From positions 59,183,575-59,247,574 of the forward strand of contig NC_068984.1 in the NCBI RefSeq assembly GCF_001194135.2: a stretch of DNA of 64,000 nucleotides, read 5' to 3'. The DNA comes from Octopus bimaculoides (taxonomy: Eukaryota). A program made the position numbers and the translations under genes. Below, piece by piece: positions 26,519 through 37,720 of this stretch (the first letter of the stretch is position 1; each line of letters starts with the position of its first letter). Below the pieces are notes generated by a model. The model was not told where the DNA came from. It ran no database searches and saw only the letters and a list, made by a program, of their open reading frames with translations.

Positions 26519-26655
26519 CATCATCATCGTCTTGGCTTCCTCTTTTTCATACTAGCATGGGTCAGACAGAATTTATTGAAGCAGATTTTCTATGAATGGA
26601 TGCTCATCCTATCACTGATTTTTGCTTGTTTTCAAGCAAAGTAATATTTCTCCAT
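26519..26655 (-). mobile_element. Short degenerate copy of the (GAT)n-tailed repeat family
   Basis: CATCATCATCG...CATACTAGCATGGG...ATGGATGCTCATCCTATCACT. Confidence 0.5.
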
Positions 26656-26789
26656 GGTCACACATTTTCATGAAAGACTGGAAGCAATGGACCCTGCTTA
26701 TATGTTGGTGGTACTCATTTCCTATTGTCATGCCATATCAAAACGAGGAGACACAAACATATCTTTTACTGGTTTCAGTCATTGAACTA

Positions 26790-26965
26790 CAGCTATACAC
26801 CTGGGGCACCATCTTGGGGAGTTTAGCTGAATGAATCAACCCCAGTACTTATGTTGTTAAGTCTGGTACTTATTCTATCTATATCTTTTGCCAAACTGCT
26901 AAATTATGGGAGATGTAAACAAACAAACATTGATTGTCAATAAGCAACAGGGGACAAACACAAGT
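26790..26965 (-). mobile_element. 3' half of a 31225-type SINE in the RGS intron
   Basis: Imperfect reverse complement of approx. 31440-31600. Confidence 0.65.
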
Positions 26966-26969
26966 ACAT

Positions 26970-27032
<63 letters not shown>

Positions 27033-27034
27033 AT

Positions 27035-27215
27035 CATCATCATCATTTAGCGTCTGTTCTCTATGCTGGCATGGGTTGGATAGTTTGATAGGAGCTGGCC
27101 AGCGGGAGAGCTGCCCAAGCTCCATATTTGGTATGGTTTGTACAGTTGGATGCCTTTCCTAGTACCAACCACTTTACAGAGTGTAATAAGTGCTTTTACG
27201 TAGCACCAGCATGGG
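27035..27215 (-). mobile_element. Copy of the (GAT)n-tailed repeat family
   Basis: (CAT)n-TTAGCGTC...CATGGGTTGGA...TGGATGCCTTTCCTAGTACCAACCAC. Confidence 0.65.
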
Positions 27216-27334
27216 CACTACACACATGCATATAGTAATAAAGATGAAAGCAAATGGATAATACAAGTATTATTACATGTGTTTTTTTAACAAAGACTTA
27301 TGATTTACACATTATGACATACATCTTAGCATGC

Positions 27335-27519
27335 AATAACTTGTGAGATTATATAAAATTATGCAATAACATGTTCGCATAACATTACCACTTTGATATC
27401 AACCATAATACCATTTGGTACATATCGCCTAATTAACCTCAGATGGTGTATTACCTCATAAAGTGGCAACGTTACATAAACACATTCTTGCATAATCTTA
27501 AATAATATTGCAAGTTATT
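27335..27519. repeat. Degenerate palindrome of about 185 bp
   Basis: AATAACTTG/CAAGTTATT, ATTATGCAA/TTGCATAAT, CCACTTT/AAAGTGG, ATACCATTTG/CAGATGGTGT. Confidence 0.65.
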
Positions 27520-28784
27520 ACACAACAAGTTGTATGACACAGTGAGTTAATGATAAATTAGTGACTTCACTAATGATTTAATTTGATCCTCTTATCTTAT
27601 ACACATGCATGTACTTGCATGAGTGTAAGTGCATGCATACAATCAACTTACCTTCTTCCCCAAAATTGCTGGCCTTGTGTCAAATCTTGAAACCAGTATT
27701 TTATTGCTGACATATATTTTCATCAATCTAGAAAGTCTAAAATATATGAGACATCAGACTAGATAACATGATGTATGTAGTGTGCTTTTTATTCTTGTCT
27801 TCTCTCTATGTTCTGCAAATACTGATATAAGTTAGAGGGTGTAATTTGCACGAAACATTATTAATGATTACAGCATAGAAGACACATTTTAGCCATTCAA
27901 AAACATACAAAGATTGTTAACTTCACTTAAACACTTACTGTTTGGTGTCAAAATTTTCATCACACGACTGCAATCTGGTTACTGACATGATTCCACTGCA
28001 TCTGGTTTGTGATATTGTTGGTTATAAGTTCCAGAGTTATTTATTTTTTTCTATGTGTCAGTCATTCTGGTTGGGTGCTCCATGGCTGGTTAGTTAACTT
28101 TGGCAGTAACTCTAAGCTATGTAATTTGAGAAAAGGTAACACAGTTCTAAAGAAGGGTAATAATAGATTTATTTAATAATGAAAATTTTATTTTAGTTTT
28201 GTGATTAGAGCTAATATAGGTCAAAGTATTGAATAGAATTATTTTTACTTCTATCAATATCCTTTGTTTATATTTACATATTATTACCACTATACTAAAA
28301 CTATCTCACTGCCAAACAAACGGTTATTTTCTGTAAACTCCAATCACTAATTATTTCATGCATGCTTTGCCTTCAAACAAGAAACTGAACATAGTATTTC
28401 ACAACTTAAATTTCAATGAAATGCAAACTGACTAAATACTAAACTACCATCAAGACAACTGAGTAATCTCTATAGGGTTGCTTGATCAACCTGCTAGAAA
28501 TAGCAATCAGATCACTTTGAAATTAAACCATCTTGAAATGGATGCATTCATTCATGTAGTTCTAGATATACAGGGAGATAGTTGGAATGCCTTTGTCATA
28601 GGTCTATTCCTTAAGGACTCACCTGGGGGCTAAACAACAATAAAACAGTAATTTACTATTATTAGAGTGGCCAAATAATGTAGCAATCTGGCAGAATCAT
28701 TATAGCATTAGATAAAATGCCTAACAGTAATTCTTCCACATCTTACATTATGAGTTCAAATTCTCCTAGAGTCATCTTTGTATT

Positions 28785-28906
28785 AGTGAAGTACTGTGAT
28801 TGACGGTAAAATAAAGCACCCATGAAGTACTGGGGTTAATAGTAAAATAAAGTACCAGTGAAGTACTGGGGTTGATGGTAAAATAAAGTACCAGTGAAGT
28901 ACTGGG
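28785..28906 (+). repeat. 36-bp minisatellite (about 3.4 units) derived from the SINE core
   Basis: Unit GTAAAATAAAGTACCAGTGAAGTACTGGGGTTGATG, directly after a degenerate SINE head at about 28685. Confidence 0.8.
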
Positions 28907-29100
28907 CTATACCATTGACTCAAAATTGCTGACCTTGTGCTAAATTTTGAAACCATTATTAGTGTAACCAAATATTTCTGCAAAATTATTGGGCTTATTA
29001 GGAATGTTCTGGATCTTTTTGCAAAAAATTCAAGTTTTGTGATGTTCAAAATTTCTTTATAAGAAATAACAAATTTGTATATTTTTTTTATTTTATTTAG

Positions 29101-29162
29101 TTTATCATTAGAAGATATGAAAAACTGGTCTGAATCTTTTGACCGACTTATAAGAAGTAATG
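29101..29162 (+). CDS. RGS17/19/20-like: RZ-family RGS gene, exon starting the RGS box (LSLEDMKNWSESFDRLIRSNG)
   Basis: ttttatttag acceptor ending at 29100 and GTAAGT donor at 29163. W-S-E-S-F-D-x-L matches RGS helix 1 (EEVxSWxxSFDKL). Phase 1 joins the next exon (G|GT = Gly). Confidence 0.9.
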
Positions 29163-29340
29163 GTAAGTATACTATTAAATACTTTACAGCTGCTCTTTTT
29201 ATTGTTACCTTTCTTATTCTTCTGATTCTTGTGGTTTTACTTGTTTGTAGATATGGTATCTACAAATCAATCTTTCTTCTTGTTTACATCACATACCAAA
29301 AAGTTGTTTGTATTGAATAGTCAGCAAGGCAGATTTTTTC

Positions 29341-29570
29341 TTAAACCCTTTAGCATTCAGATTACTCTATCAAATGTAATGCTTATTTATTCACATTGTT
29401 TTGAATTAATCGTACAATACCTTGTGGCTTTAAGATTTCAATGATGTGATTGTTTAATTTTAGAGTAACACTGTATGGGAGATGTGGGAGGTTAGATCTG
29501 ACTGGTTTGAACATAAAACAGGTTGAATATTTGGGCCAGGTATGACCAGTTTAAATGTTAAAGGGGTTAA
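29341..29570 (+). mobile_element. piggyBac-like MITE copy in the RGS intron
   Basis: CCCTTTAGCATT ... AATGTTAAAGGGGTTAA; internal sequence homologous to the 7605 copy. Confidence 0.8.
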
Positions 29571-30239
29571 CCTTTTGTCATTTAACCCTTTTCTGATAAT
29601 AATTCTAATGACAAACACTGCCTATGTGTTCTAATTCGTTTTGAAAACAATGATGAAATGAAATGAATTTAGTACAATTTAGTATGAACTTTCTCGTTAT
29701 TAAGCTGATATCTGGAATATAACTTAACTTTTGCCTGTCCAAAACATTTGCATAACTTCATCTTAAACATCCATTCTTGCTTGCAAACTTTTAGGTAATC
29801 CTTGTTTCAGATGTTCTAAGTAAATATAAAGGTTTCCTTTCATGAGCCTCAAGTTAGACTGATGGTTGAAAAAAAATGGGGAATATGTATCATATATGAT
29901 GTGTGTATGCCACAGAAACAAATATGTTCTGTGTATCACATGTGATACTCAGGACTGGCAAAAGATTTCAAAAATGTTACTTAAAATTACGACAGAAGCT
30001 TCTGATTTAGATATGGTCACTTTAAAATGGCTATTTTTGTATCATATTTTACAGGTTGGTACAAAAGGTGTTAAAGGTGTATAACTATGAAGTTTTCCTT
30101 TCTTAATAAAGCAGTGGTATTCGTAGTTAGCCCTATAACATTATAAGATCATTGTAGTGCCATTGATGATCTAGTACTCTTCTAGGTATTCTGAGATCAT
30201 ATTTATTCTTATAATTTATACACTGTTGCTTATATACAT

Positions 30240-30545
30240 GAAGGCACATGGTTTAGTGGTTAGGGTATTTGACTTGCGATCATGAGGTTGTGAGTTTGAT
30301 TACCAGTGGCACGTTGTGCCCTTGAGCAAGACACTTTATTTCACATTGCTCCAGTCCACTCAGTTGGCAAAAATGAGTTGTACCTGTATTTAAAAGGGGC
30401 CAGCTTTGTCACACTCTGTGTCCCACTGAATCTCCCTGAGAACTATGCTAAGGGAGTCTGTGGAGTGTTCAACCACTTTCATGTTAATTTCACAAACAGG
30501 ATGTTCCAACGTGTGGGCCATACCTACTTAATGAATGTCTGACCT
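30240..30545 (+). mobile_element. tRNA-headed SINE of a third family
   Basis: TGGTTTAGTGGTTAGG head, GAGTTTGAT B-box-like, then GTGCCCTTGAGCAAGACACTT...TGCTCCAGTCCACTCAG, a central block typical of invertebrate SINEs. Confidence 0.65.
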
Positions 30546-30737
30546 ATGAACTTGGTAAAGTACAGATATCTGAATTTCCCTCAACTCCCAAGAGTATAGT
30601 TCCTTGTACCTAGAATGATATTATTCTGTAAGATTCAAAGTTAAAACTTTTGCATTCCTGAAATGTTACCTACTTCACTTGAATTTGCAAAAAATAAAAA
30701 TAAGAAAAAAGTAAATTGAAAAATTTACTATTTTTAG

Positions 30738-30904
30738 GTGGTCGAAGAAAATTTCGAGAATTCCTTCGAATGGAATATAGTGAAGAAAATATGTTATTTT
30801 GGCTAGCATGTGAAGAACTGAAGAGGGAACAAAATTCTGAATTAATAGAAGAAAAAGCCAGATTAATATACGAAGATTATATTTCTATACTGTCTCCAAA
30901 AGAG
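30738..30904 (+). CDS. RGS17/19/20-like: RZ-family RGS gene, core RGS-domain exon (GRRKFREFLRMEYSEENMLFWLACEELKREQNSELIEEKARLIYEDYISILSPKE)
   Basis: tttttag acceptor at 30731-37 and GTAAGT donor at 30905. FREFL-EYSEENMLFWLACEELK and IYEDYISILSPKE are near-identical to RGS17/19/20. Confidence 0.97.
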
Positions 30905-31224
30905 GTAAGTTTAATTGCCTGAGAACTATTTTATAAAATTTCTGAAGTCTCTGTGTATACCTAGAAGAAAATACTTCGATATGATTAATTATCTACTAAC
31001 TATTGACAAATTCAAAAATGTGAATTGACTGATATTTTTTATATGTGCGTGTGTGTATGTATATATATATTAGTTTGTAACAATCATACAAACACAAAAG
31101 TTTTGCACAAATCTGATATCTGATAGACCTATAGTCATCACTGTGCCTGTTTGGAGCTAGAATTATGACTTTAAAAATGAGTGGAGAGGGACTGAGCTCT
31201 ATATGAAAAGTTAATGTGCATATA

Positions 31225-31641
31225 GGCGTGGGAGTGGCTGTGTGGTAAGTAGCTAGCTTACCAACCACATGGTCCCGGGTTCAGTCCCACTGCGCGGCAT
31301 CTTGGGCAAGTGTCTTCTACTATAGCCTCGGGCCGACCAAAGCCTTGTGAGTGGATTTGGTAGATGGAAACTGAAAGAAGCCTGTCGTATATATTTGTAT
31401 ATATATATATATGTATGTGTGTGTGTATGTTTGTATGTGTGTGTTTGTCCCCCCAACATCGCTTGACAACCAATGCTGGTGTGTTTATGTCCCCGTAACT
31501 TAGCGGTTCGGCAAAAGAGATCGATAGAATAAGTACTAGGCTTCTAAAGAATAAGTCCTGGGGTCGATTTGCTTGACTAAAAAGGCGGTGCTCCAGCATG
31601 ACCACAGTGAAAAGACTGAAACAAGTAAAAGAGTAAAAGAG
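31225..31641 (+). mobile_element. Full-length tRNA-derived SINE (GGCGTGGGAGTGGCTGTGTGGTAAG... family) with an internal microsatellite and AGTAAAAG tail
   Basis: A-box-like TGGCTGTGTGG, B-box-like GGTTCAGTCCC, CATCTTGGGCAAG core, internal (TA)/(TG) tract and tandem 3' GAGTAAAA repeats. Confidence 0.85.
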
Positions 31642-31708
31642 TATATGTGTATGTTTGTGTGTGTGTGTGTGCATGCGCATACACAGATGCACACACATGT
31701 TCTTATAT

Positions 31709-32666
31709 TGTTACGACCTGGTGGCCATAACCCGAATTTACAGAATCAACAAGGATGGGGTGAACCCAAAACAACACACCATGAAATTTTTCTAAAATAT
31801 TATTAACAATAGTCAGCATAAAAACAGTTTACATACAAACGAATATATATACAAACAAAAAGCAAATGCTACACCAGATGTGCAGTCAAAATATTTACAA
31901 AGATAACATATATATACAGTTCAGAATTCGGACTCCTAATCCCAGTTTTTGGTTTCACTAAAATTGGCCTCACACAAAGCCTGGCCTCACAAATTTTATT
32001 TTTTAAATATATGCCTTGGACCTAAACATAATTAAACCTAATGTCAAAGCAACCATTTAAACTAAAAGTTCATGACACAAAACGGCTGCCAGACTACATC
32101 AATAAGTATTGTTAAAAAATTAAATAGTCAAACAAAAAGCTAGTTTGCTTTAAATTCACACAAAACAGCTTCATACAAGCATGCCGTGTAACCATTAGAC
32201 AAAATTTACAGTTAGTTGTCTAATACAAAAATTAGCTACATGAAAATTTTAAATTCATACACCCTTTAGCTATTTATACAAATTTTAACATTTATCTTAA
32301 CAGAAAATTGCTAGCAAAATTACTACACAACCTTCCACAAATGCAGGGTTCAAAATTCACATAAATATAACATAACATAACTTAAGAGATTTTTTTGTAC
32401 TCACCCAGATGTGACACAGAAATTATTTTAAATCTGACAAAAGTTCTGGCGAATTCCTGGAGCATAAAATAAATCCATAAAAGCCTAACAGAAAGCACAA
32501 AGTGTGTAAACTAAACAGGCAATCATAGCTTCCAGAATCCAATTGAACAACTTTGTCTCACAGAAAAAACTGTCACAAAAACTGGGGGGGTAAAATTATC
32601 TCTGCTTATAAAGGTTTGCCAGGGTCTAGCCAATTTGTTATAGTTTCACAGTTTTGGCTAATAACA
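31709..32666 (-). mobile_element. LTR-like segment (958 bp) with an adjacent polypurine tract
   Basis: TGTTA...TAACA inverted termini. On the minus strand a purine-rich AAAATGGGGGAGGCTAGG (32667-84) directly precedes TGTTA; TTTATAA and AATAAA are present in order. Confidence 0.5.
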
Positions 32667-32759
32667 CCTAGCCTCCCCCATTTTGACAATGGACTTTATC
32701 CTTACCTTACAGTGCAGCATGAAAAACTATTTACCTGTTTAACTTAACATTATAATTTA

Positions 32760-34520
32760 TAATTTCCATGGTTGAAATCTACATTTGAAGTAAGAGTGAT
32801 ATTTTGTTGTTGGAGGTTTCCCCTTGTGGGTGTACCATGTTTGTTTCCTGTTTAAAATTGCTGTTTGCTCCCATGAGTATTTGCTGAATTGTTTTTTCTT
32901 CCCATTTATGGGAGAACCAACGGGAAGAAGTACAATGGAAAGTGAACTAGCCAAGAGCCACAGTTATGCGACTGCAACTGGCAAAGGTATCGAAGTCCAA
33001 GATTTGGAAGTACGAGAAATAAAAATTGAGCCAGAAATGTTAAAGGAATGCAGCAACCTTTTAGAAAAAGAAGGCCACAGTCTGAAGTTGATGCCTCTAT
33101 TCAAATTAACATATAGTGTAAAGAGGAAAACAATAATTTATAAAACACTGAAAATATCATCCAAGAAAATTGAAGTAGCACCAATAGAAGAAATTGAGAA
33201 AAGTTTAAGAGATTAAAAAGAAGATGACATTCATAACAAGAGGAAGAAAATTTGACACAGTGGAGGTGCATTTTGATTGCGATGTTGAAGTGATAATGCA
33301 CTCCACTGATGCCATAAAATCAGAAGAGTGGGTTTTCCTACCAACTTACTGTGGCAGAAGAGTTGTGTAAGTAAGGGTGGGAAAGGTACCACCAGAATTA
33401 GACGAAACATCGGTTGCAGTGATAATACACAACATGGTAGAGGATTCCATGATCCTAAGCATGACAAGGACGAGAAAAGTGGACTGGTGGGGTTACAGGA
33501 TTGAGATATCACTTCAGACAACTGATAGTGATATGATCAAGATCCCAGAAGAAGTCATTCTACCTGCAGATGTGAGATTGAGGGTAGTGGTGGAAGGCAG
33601 GCCTCCCAGATGTTATTTGTGTAGCGAGAAAGGCCACATGAAGGCGAGGTGCCCCCAGAGAGAAGAAATGGAACAGCCAAAGGAGCAGGAGAAAGTGAAT
33701 GATGAGGTGCAGGAGGAGGAGAAAGAGGTAGATGAGTGATTCGAAGTGGTTTAAAAAAGAAAAAGGAAGGGCTCTCTGCCAAAGGGACAGAAAAAGAAAA
33801 AAGAAACAAAGGAGACAGAGAAAGCAGTCATAAAGGAGGTTGAAAAAGAGATTGAGAGAGAGATAGAAAAGGAGGTTGAGAAAGAAGTTATGGAGGAGGA
33901 AAAGATAGAAGCAAGCAGACTGGAGAGTTGTTTAACCCATGAAGTGGAACAGCAGCAAGAGGAAGAAGTGACAACGACCGAAATGGATAAAGTGATGCCA
34001 AGAGCAGAACACAGTAAACGTAAGCGGAGAAAATACAATTGGTATTTTGTAACATATGACAAAAATGTGTGCACAGAAAAAATGATTTCTAAAATGAAAT
34101 TGGTTATAAGGGTAAAGTTGCCAAAGGACAGTTATGGTGAGAATGTGAAGGTGATTTTAATAGTCAAGGAAAGATACAGCAGGTGGAAGGGAAAATGTAG
34201 ATTCGAACCACCAACATATGAGGTAGAATTCGGTGTACTACCATCAGTAGTTGATCTAAATGAATTAAGGCCTTATATAAAAAGGCTTTAAAAAAAAAAG
34301 TGAATTGTGTTTTAAAAAAAAGAATAAAGCAAAAGATGCTAAGAGGATATAAACACTGGTTATAAACGGACAGTAAGAACATTTAAATAGTACTGCATGT
34401 GAGTGGGGTGCATGCAGCCATTTCATCACCATTGATTTCATTGTACATATTACCATTTTTCATTCGTTTTATGTTTTTGTCCCCACTGTGTATTCATTTA
34501 TTTATTTATTTATTTATTTA
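32760..34520 (+). mobile_element. Decayed ORF1-only L1/Tx1-like non-LTR element
   Basis: One ORF can be reconstructed from ATG 32908 to TAA 34291 (frameshift near 33214; stops at 33368, 33737, 33752). It contains VVVEGRPPRCYLCSEKGHMKARCP (CX2CX4HX4C) and a Glu/Lys-rich region; after about 200 nt comes an (ATTT)n tail, with no ORF2. The 5' boundary is approximate. Confidence 0.75.
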
Positions 34521-34840
34521 AATATTCTGTATCGGACTTTATGATCCTAATTCTACTTCCTCTTTAATATGGTAGGTTGTGATTTGAAGGTAATTTGGCT
34601 ATTTTTATTTCTGACTGATAGAGTGATTGATGGGAGGACTTCCTGAGTTGGCTTGATGGTAAAGCTGTTTTGCACTTATGAAACATTTATTTTTCTTTTA
34701 ATAGCTTAATCAAAGGAGAATGAGCATTGGCCATGACTCCCCATAAACCTTTCCAGGGTTTCTGAGATAGATAGGAATAAAGAGTTATCCTCTGACCAGA
34801 GAGCCAACCCAAATATAAACAAGAGAAGAATCTGTTAAAG

Positions 34841-35170
34841 CAGTGGTTCTCAACCAGGGTCCATATAAGATTTTTAGAGATCCACACAACAAAATAGTAA
34901 ATTAGGGATCCACAATAGTATTTTAAGAGCCTTTGAAAAAATTTTGCTTTAAATGTATGTATGTATTGGTGTGTAATGCAAAAAACAGCTAAGTTTCTTT
35001 CTTTAAATAGTTCAACCTACACAAGCTAATAATATGCACAAAAGAAAAATAGGAATTTTAAAAGAAGTATCTAGAAAACTAGTTTTTAAACACCAAATCG
35101 TTATAGTGGTCCACCAGAATAAAATATTATTCAAAGGGGTTCATAGATAAAAAATAGTTGAGAACCCCTG
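34841..35170 (+). mobile_element. hAT-type MITE
   Basis: TIRs CAGTGGTTCTCAAC / GTTGAGAACCCCTG; 8-bp flanks TGTTAAAG and TCTTAAAG. Confidence 0.8.
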
Positions 35171-35242
35171 TCTTAAAGGCACCCAAGAGCTAGAAGTGGT
35201 GGGTGTTAAACTGGGCAATGGATTAACATATAGCATATTTTA

Positions 35243-35457
35243 AGGTGGTGAGCTGGCAGAATCATTAACACACCAGACAAAATGCATAGTGGCATTTTGT
35301 CTATCATTACATTCTGAGTTCAAATTCTGTTGAGGTTGATTTTGCCTTTCATCCTTTTAGATTGATAAAATAAGTATCAGTTGAGCACTGGAATCAATGT
35401 AATCAACTTACCTTCTACCCACAAAATTGCTGGCCTTGTACCAAAATTTGAAACCAA
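35243..35457 (+). mobile_element. 9167-type SINE just upstream of the last RGS exon
   Basis: AAGGTGGTGAGCTGGCAGAATC...GAGTTCAAATTC...CAAAATTGCTGGCCTTGTACC. Confidence 0.75.
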
Positions 35458-35568
35458 TAATGTGGTAACCAGCTTTGAAATATGGATGAAAATTGCTTCT
35501 TACTTGTTGTTCTTGTTGTTGTTGTTGCTGTTGCTGATTTTAGTTTAAAATATTTTATTTCTTTGCAG

Positions 35569-35742
35569 GTTAGTCTAGATTCCAGAGTAAGAGAGGTTAT
35601 AAACCAAAATATGTTGGATCCATCTCCACATACATTCGATGAAGCACAACTGCAGATATATACTCTGATGCACCAAGATCCTTATCCACGCTTTCTTAAT
35701 TCTCAGCTCTACAAAAAACTCATCGAGGAGGCCTCCTCGTGA
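35569..35742 (+). CDS. RGS17/19/20-like: RZ-family RGS gene, terminal coding exon (VSLDSRVREVINQNMLDPSPHTFDEAQLQIYTLMHQDPYPRFLNSQLYKKLIEEASS*)
   Basis: ctttgcag acceptor ending at 35568, phase 0, TGA at 35740-42. EVSLDS (Ser where R4-family proteins have Asn) is typical of the RZ subfamily. Confidence 0.97.
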   Translation, partial: VSLDSRVREVINQNMLDPSPHTFDEAQLQIYTLMHQDPYPRFLNSQLYKKLIEEASS

Positions 35743-36960
35743 GAGAAGACCTGAACTAAAAACAAAGCTCTGTTCTAGTTTTTCCCCCCATTTGCTACAA
35801 GGAAACTTGCTGCAGCCAATCAGAAGCTTCACTGACGGTCGCTGAGACAGAAAGTGATGGCACTCATAACTATTTCTACCTGTTGAGACCATTATCTGGC
35901 TATGACAAAGATGACAACTGTTGACCTGTACTGTGCTGGTAATGAAGATCTTTGGCCTCCAGCTCACACTGCTAGCCATTTTGTATATGTGGGTGTGAAT
36001 ATAAGTGTGTATGTGTGTGTGTGTATGTGTGAGAGTGTGAGTATGTGTGTATGTGTGTGCATGTGTGCTTGTGTGTGTGTACCACCAGCACGTGTCTATA
36101 TGGCAGATTATGGCAGATACAGTCATTGTTGTCATTGCTGTCGTTGTTGTTGTTGTTGTGATTTATTGTTGTTGTTGTTAGTGTGCAAGGAGGACTTAAC
36201 AGTGCAGTAATTGGACTGCACATCTGAACTTCATTCTTTTGTCATCTCTTGTATATTTTACCTCAGTGCTTTTTTGGAAGCATGTTCAGGAATTTTTCAG
36301 AAAGAAAAATATTGACAGAGATACAAAATTCAATGCATTTGTGAGTAATACAGCCATAAGTGCACACATACACAGATATGCATTTTAATATTTACATACG
36401 TGCAAATTTTCACACACTAGTCACTCAATTTTTGGAAGGCAAGGAGTAGTGAAAATGTATTTATTATTCTCCGATAATAATGTGTTTTGATTTCTTCTTT
36501 TTTTTTTCTAAATTAATTTAATGATATTTTTAAAACATTTTTAAGTAAAATTAGGCTTCCTAATTATAAACACACATATTCACACACACAATTTATCACT
36601 TCCACATTTACATACATATAATTATACACACCAATGTACATGCATATACATATACTTGTTACAAAAGGGTTAAAATATTGAACATTATTACTAAGAATTT
36701 GAAGAAAATTCCAAAGTGGGGAGGGTATTATTTTTTTTCTTTTCAATTTATTTGAATTTGTCAGTAAAGAAAAGCTCTTTCAATCTTTTCAAATGAATTC
36801 TGAAATTAAAAAACAGTTAATGAAAAACTCATTAAATCAAGAATACTAAGTGTCCTTGCTTGTTTTGGAAAGGACTAACTTTTTGGTTTATATATATATC
36901 AGTCTTAACTAGAGGTGTTAAGGACAATGAGAGACTCATCAGAAAATGAAAGAAAATAAA
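35743..36960 (+). other. Putative 3' UTR of the RGS gene
   Basis: Follows the stop codon with no recognisable TE. An AATAAA lies at 36955-60, but the true end cannot be fixed from sequence. Confidence 0.3.
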
Positions 36961-37173
36961 AGGATTATGGCATCCCAAAATGATAGACCCATGAAATGGG
37001 GGCAGGTAGGGAGATGGTTCTTTTGAGGGTATCTCGCTAGATTATTAAGAAAATTAGAACAACTTGATAAAACAGCCACAAAAACTTGTTTTGTCATTTT
37101 TGTTTTATTTTTTTCTTTGTATATTTCTAGTTAATGTTAAAGATTATTATAAGAGCAAGGGGTAGGATAAAAA

Positions 37174-37211
<38 letters not shown>

Positions 37212-37676
37212 NNNNNNNNNNNNNNNNNNNNNNNNNNNNNNNNNNNNNNNNNNNNNNNNNNNNNNNNNNNNNNNNNNNNNNNNNNNNNNNNNNNNNNNNN
37301 NNNNNNNNNNNNNNNNNNNNNNNNNNNNNNNNNNNNNNNNNNNNNNNNNNNNNNNNNNNNNNNNNNNNNNNNNNNNNNNNNNNNNNNNNNNNNNNNNNNN
37401 NNNNNNNNNNNNNNNNNNNNNNNNNNNNNNNNNNNNNNNNNNNNNNNNNNNNNNNNNNNNNNNNNNNNNNNNNNNNNNNNNNGGAACACTAAACATCTAA
37501 AGAAAATCATGTCTTCAAAGCTTACTCAATGGTAAGAGTATTTAATTGTTATCAATTAAAATCCTGTGAAATTGGCCCAATTTTTTTGAGTTTGAACTTG
37601 TTACTACATTATTATTTTCAATACTATTTATTATTATTATTATCATTATTATTATTATTATTAATTTATTTTATTT

Positions 37677-37720
<44 letters not shown>

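Noticed and set aside
28785-28906. 36-bp periodic repeat as a CRISPR array
   Set aside because: Units are contiguous with no unique spacers, derive from a SINE, and sit in eukaryotic DNA with no cas genes.
31225-31300. tRNA gene (also the heads at 9167 and 30240)
   Set aside because: A/B-box-like motifs are present, but I cannot fold a cloverleaf and the sequence continues into SINE bodies.
36122-36160. HCCHCCRCCCCC reading that resembles an RZ cysteine string
   Set aside because: It lies downstream of the RGS stop codon and derives from a (TTG)n microsatellite; it lacks the CxCWCCCCSC pattern and splice signals.
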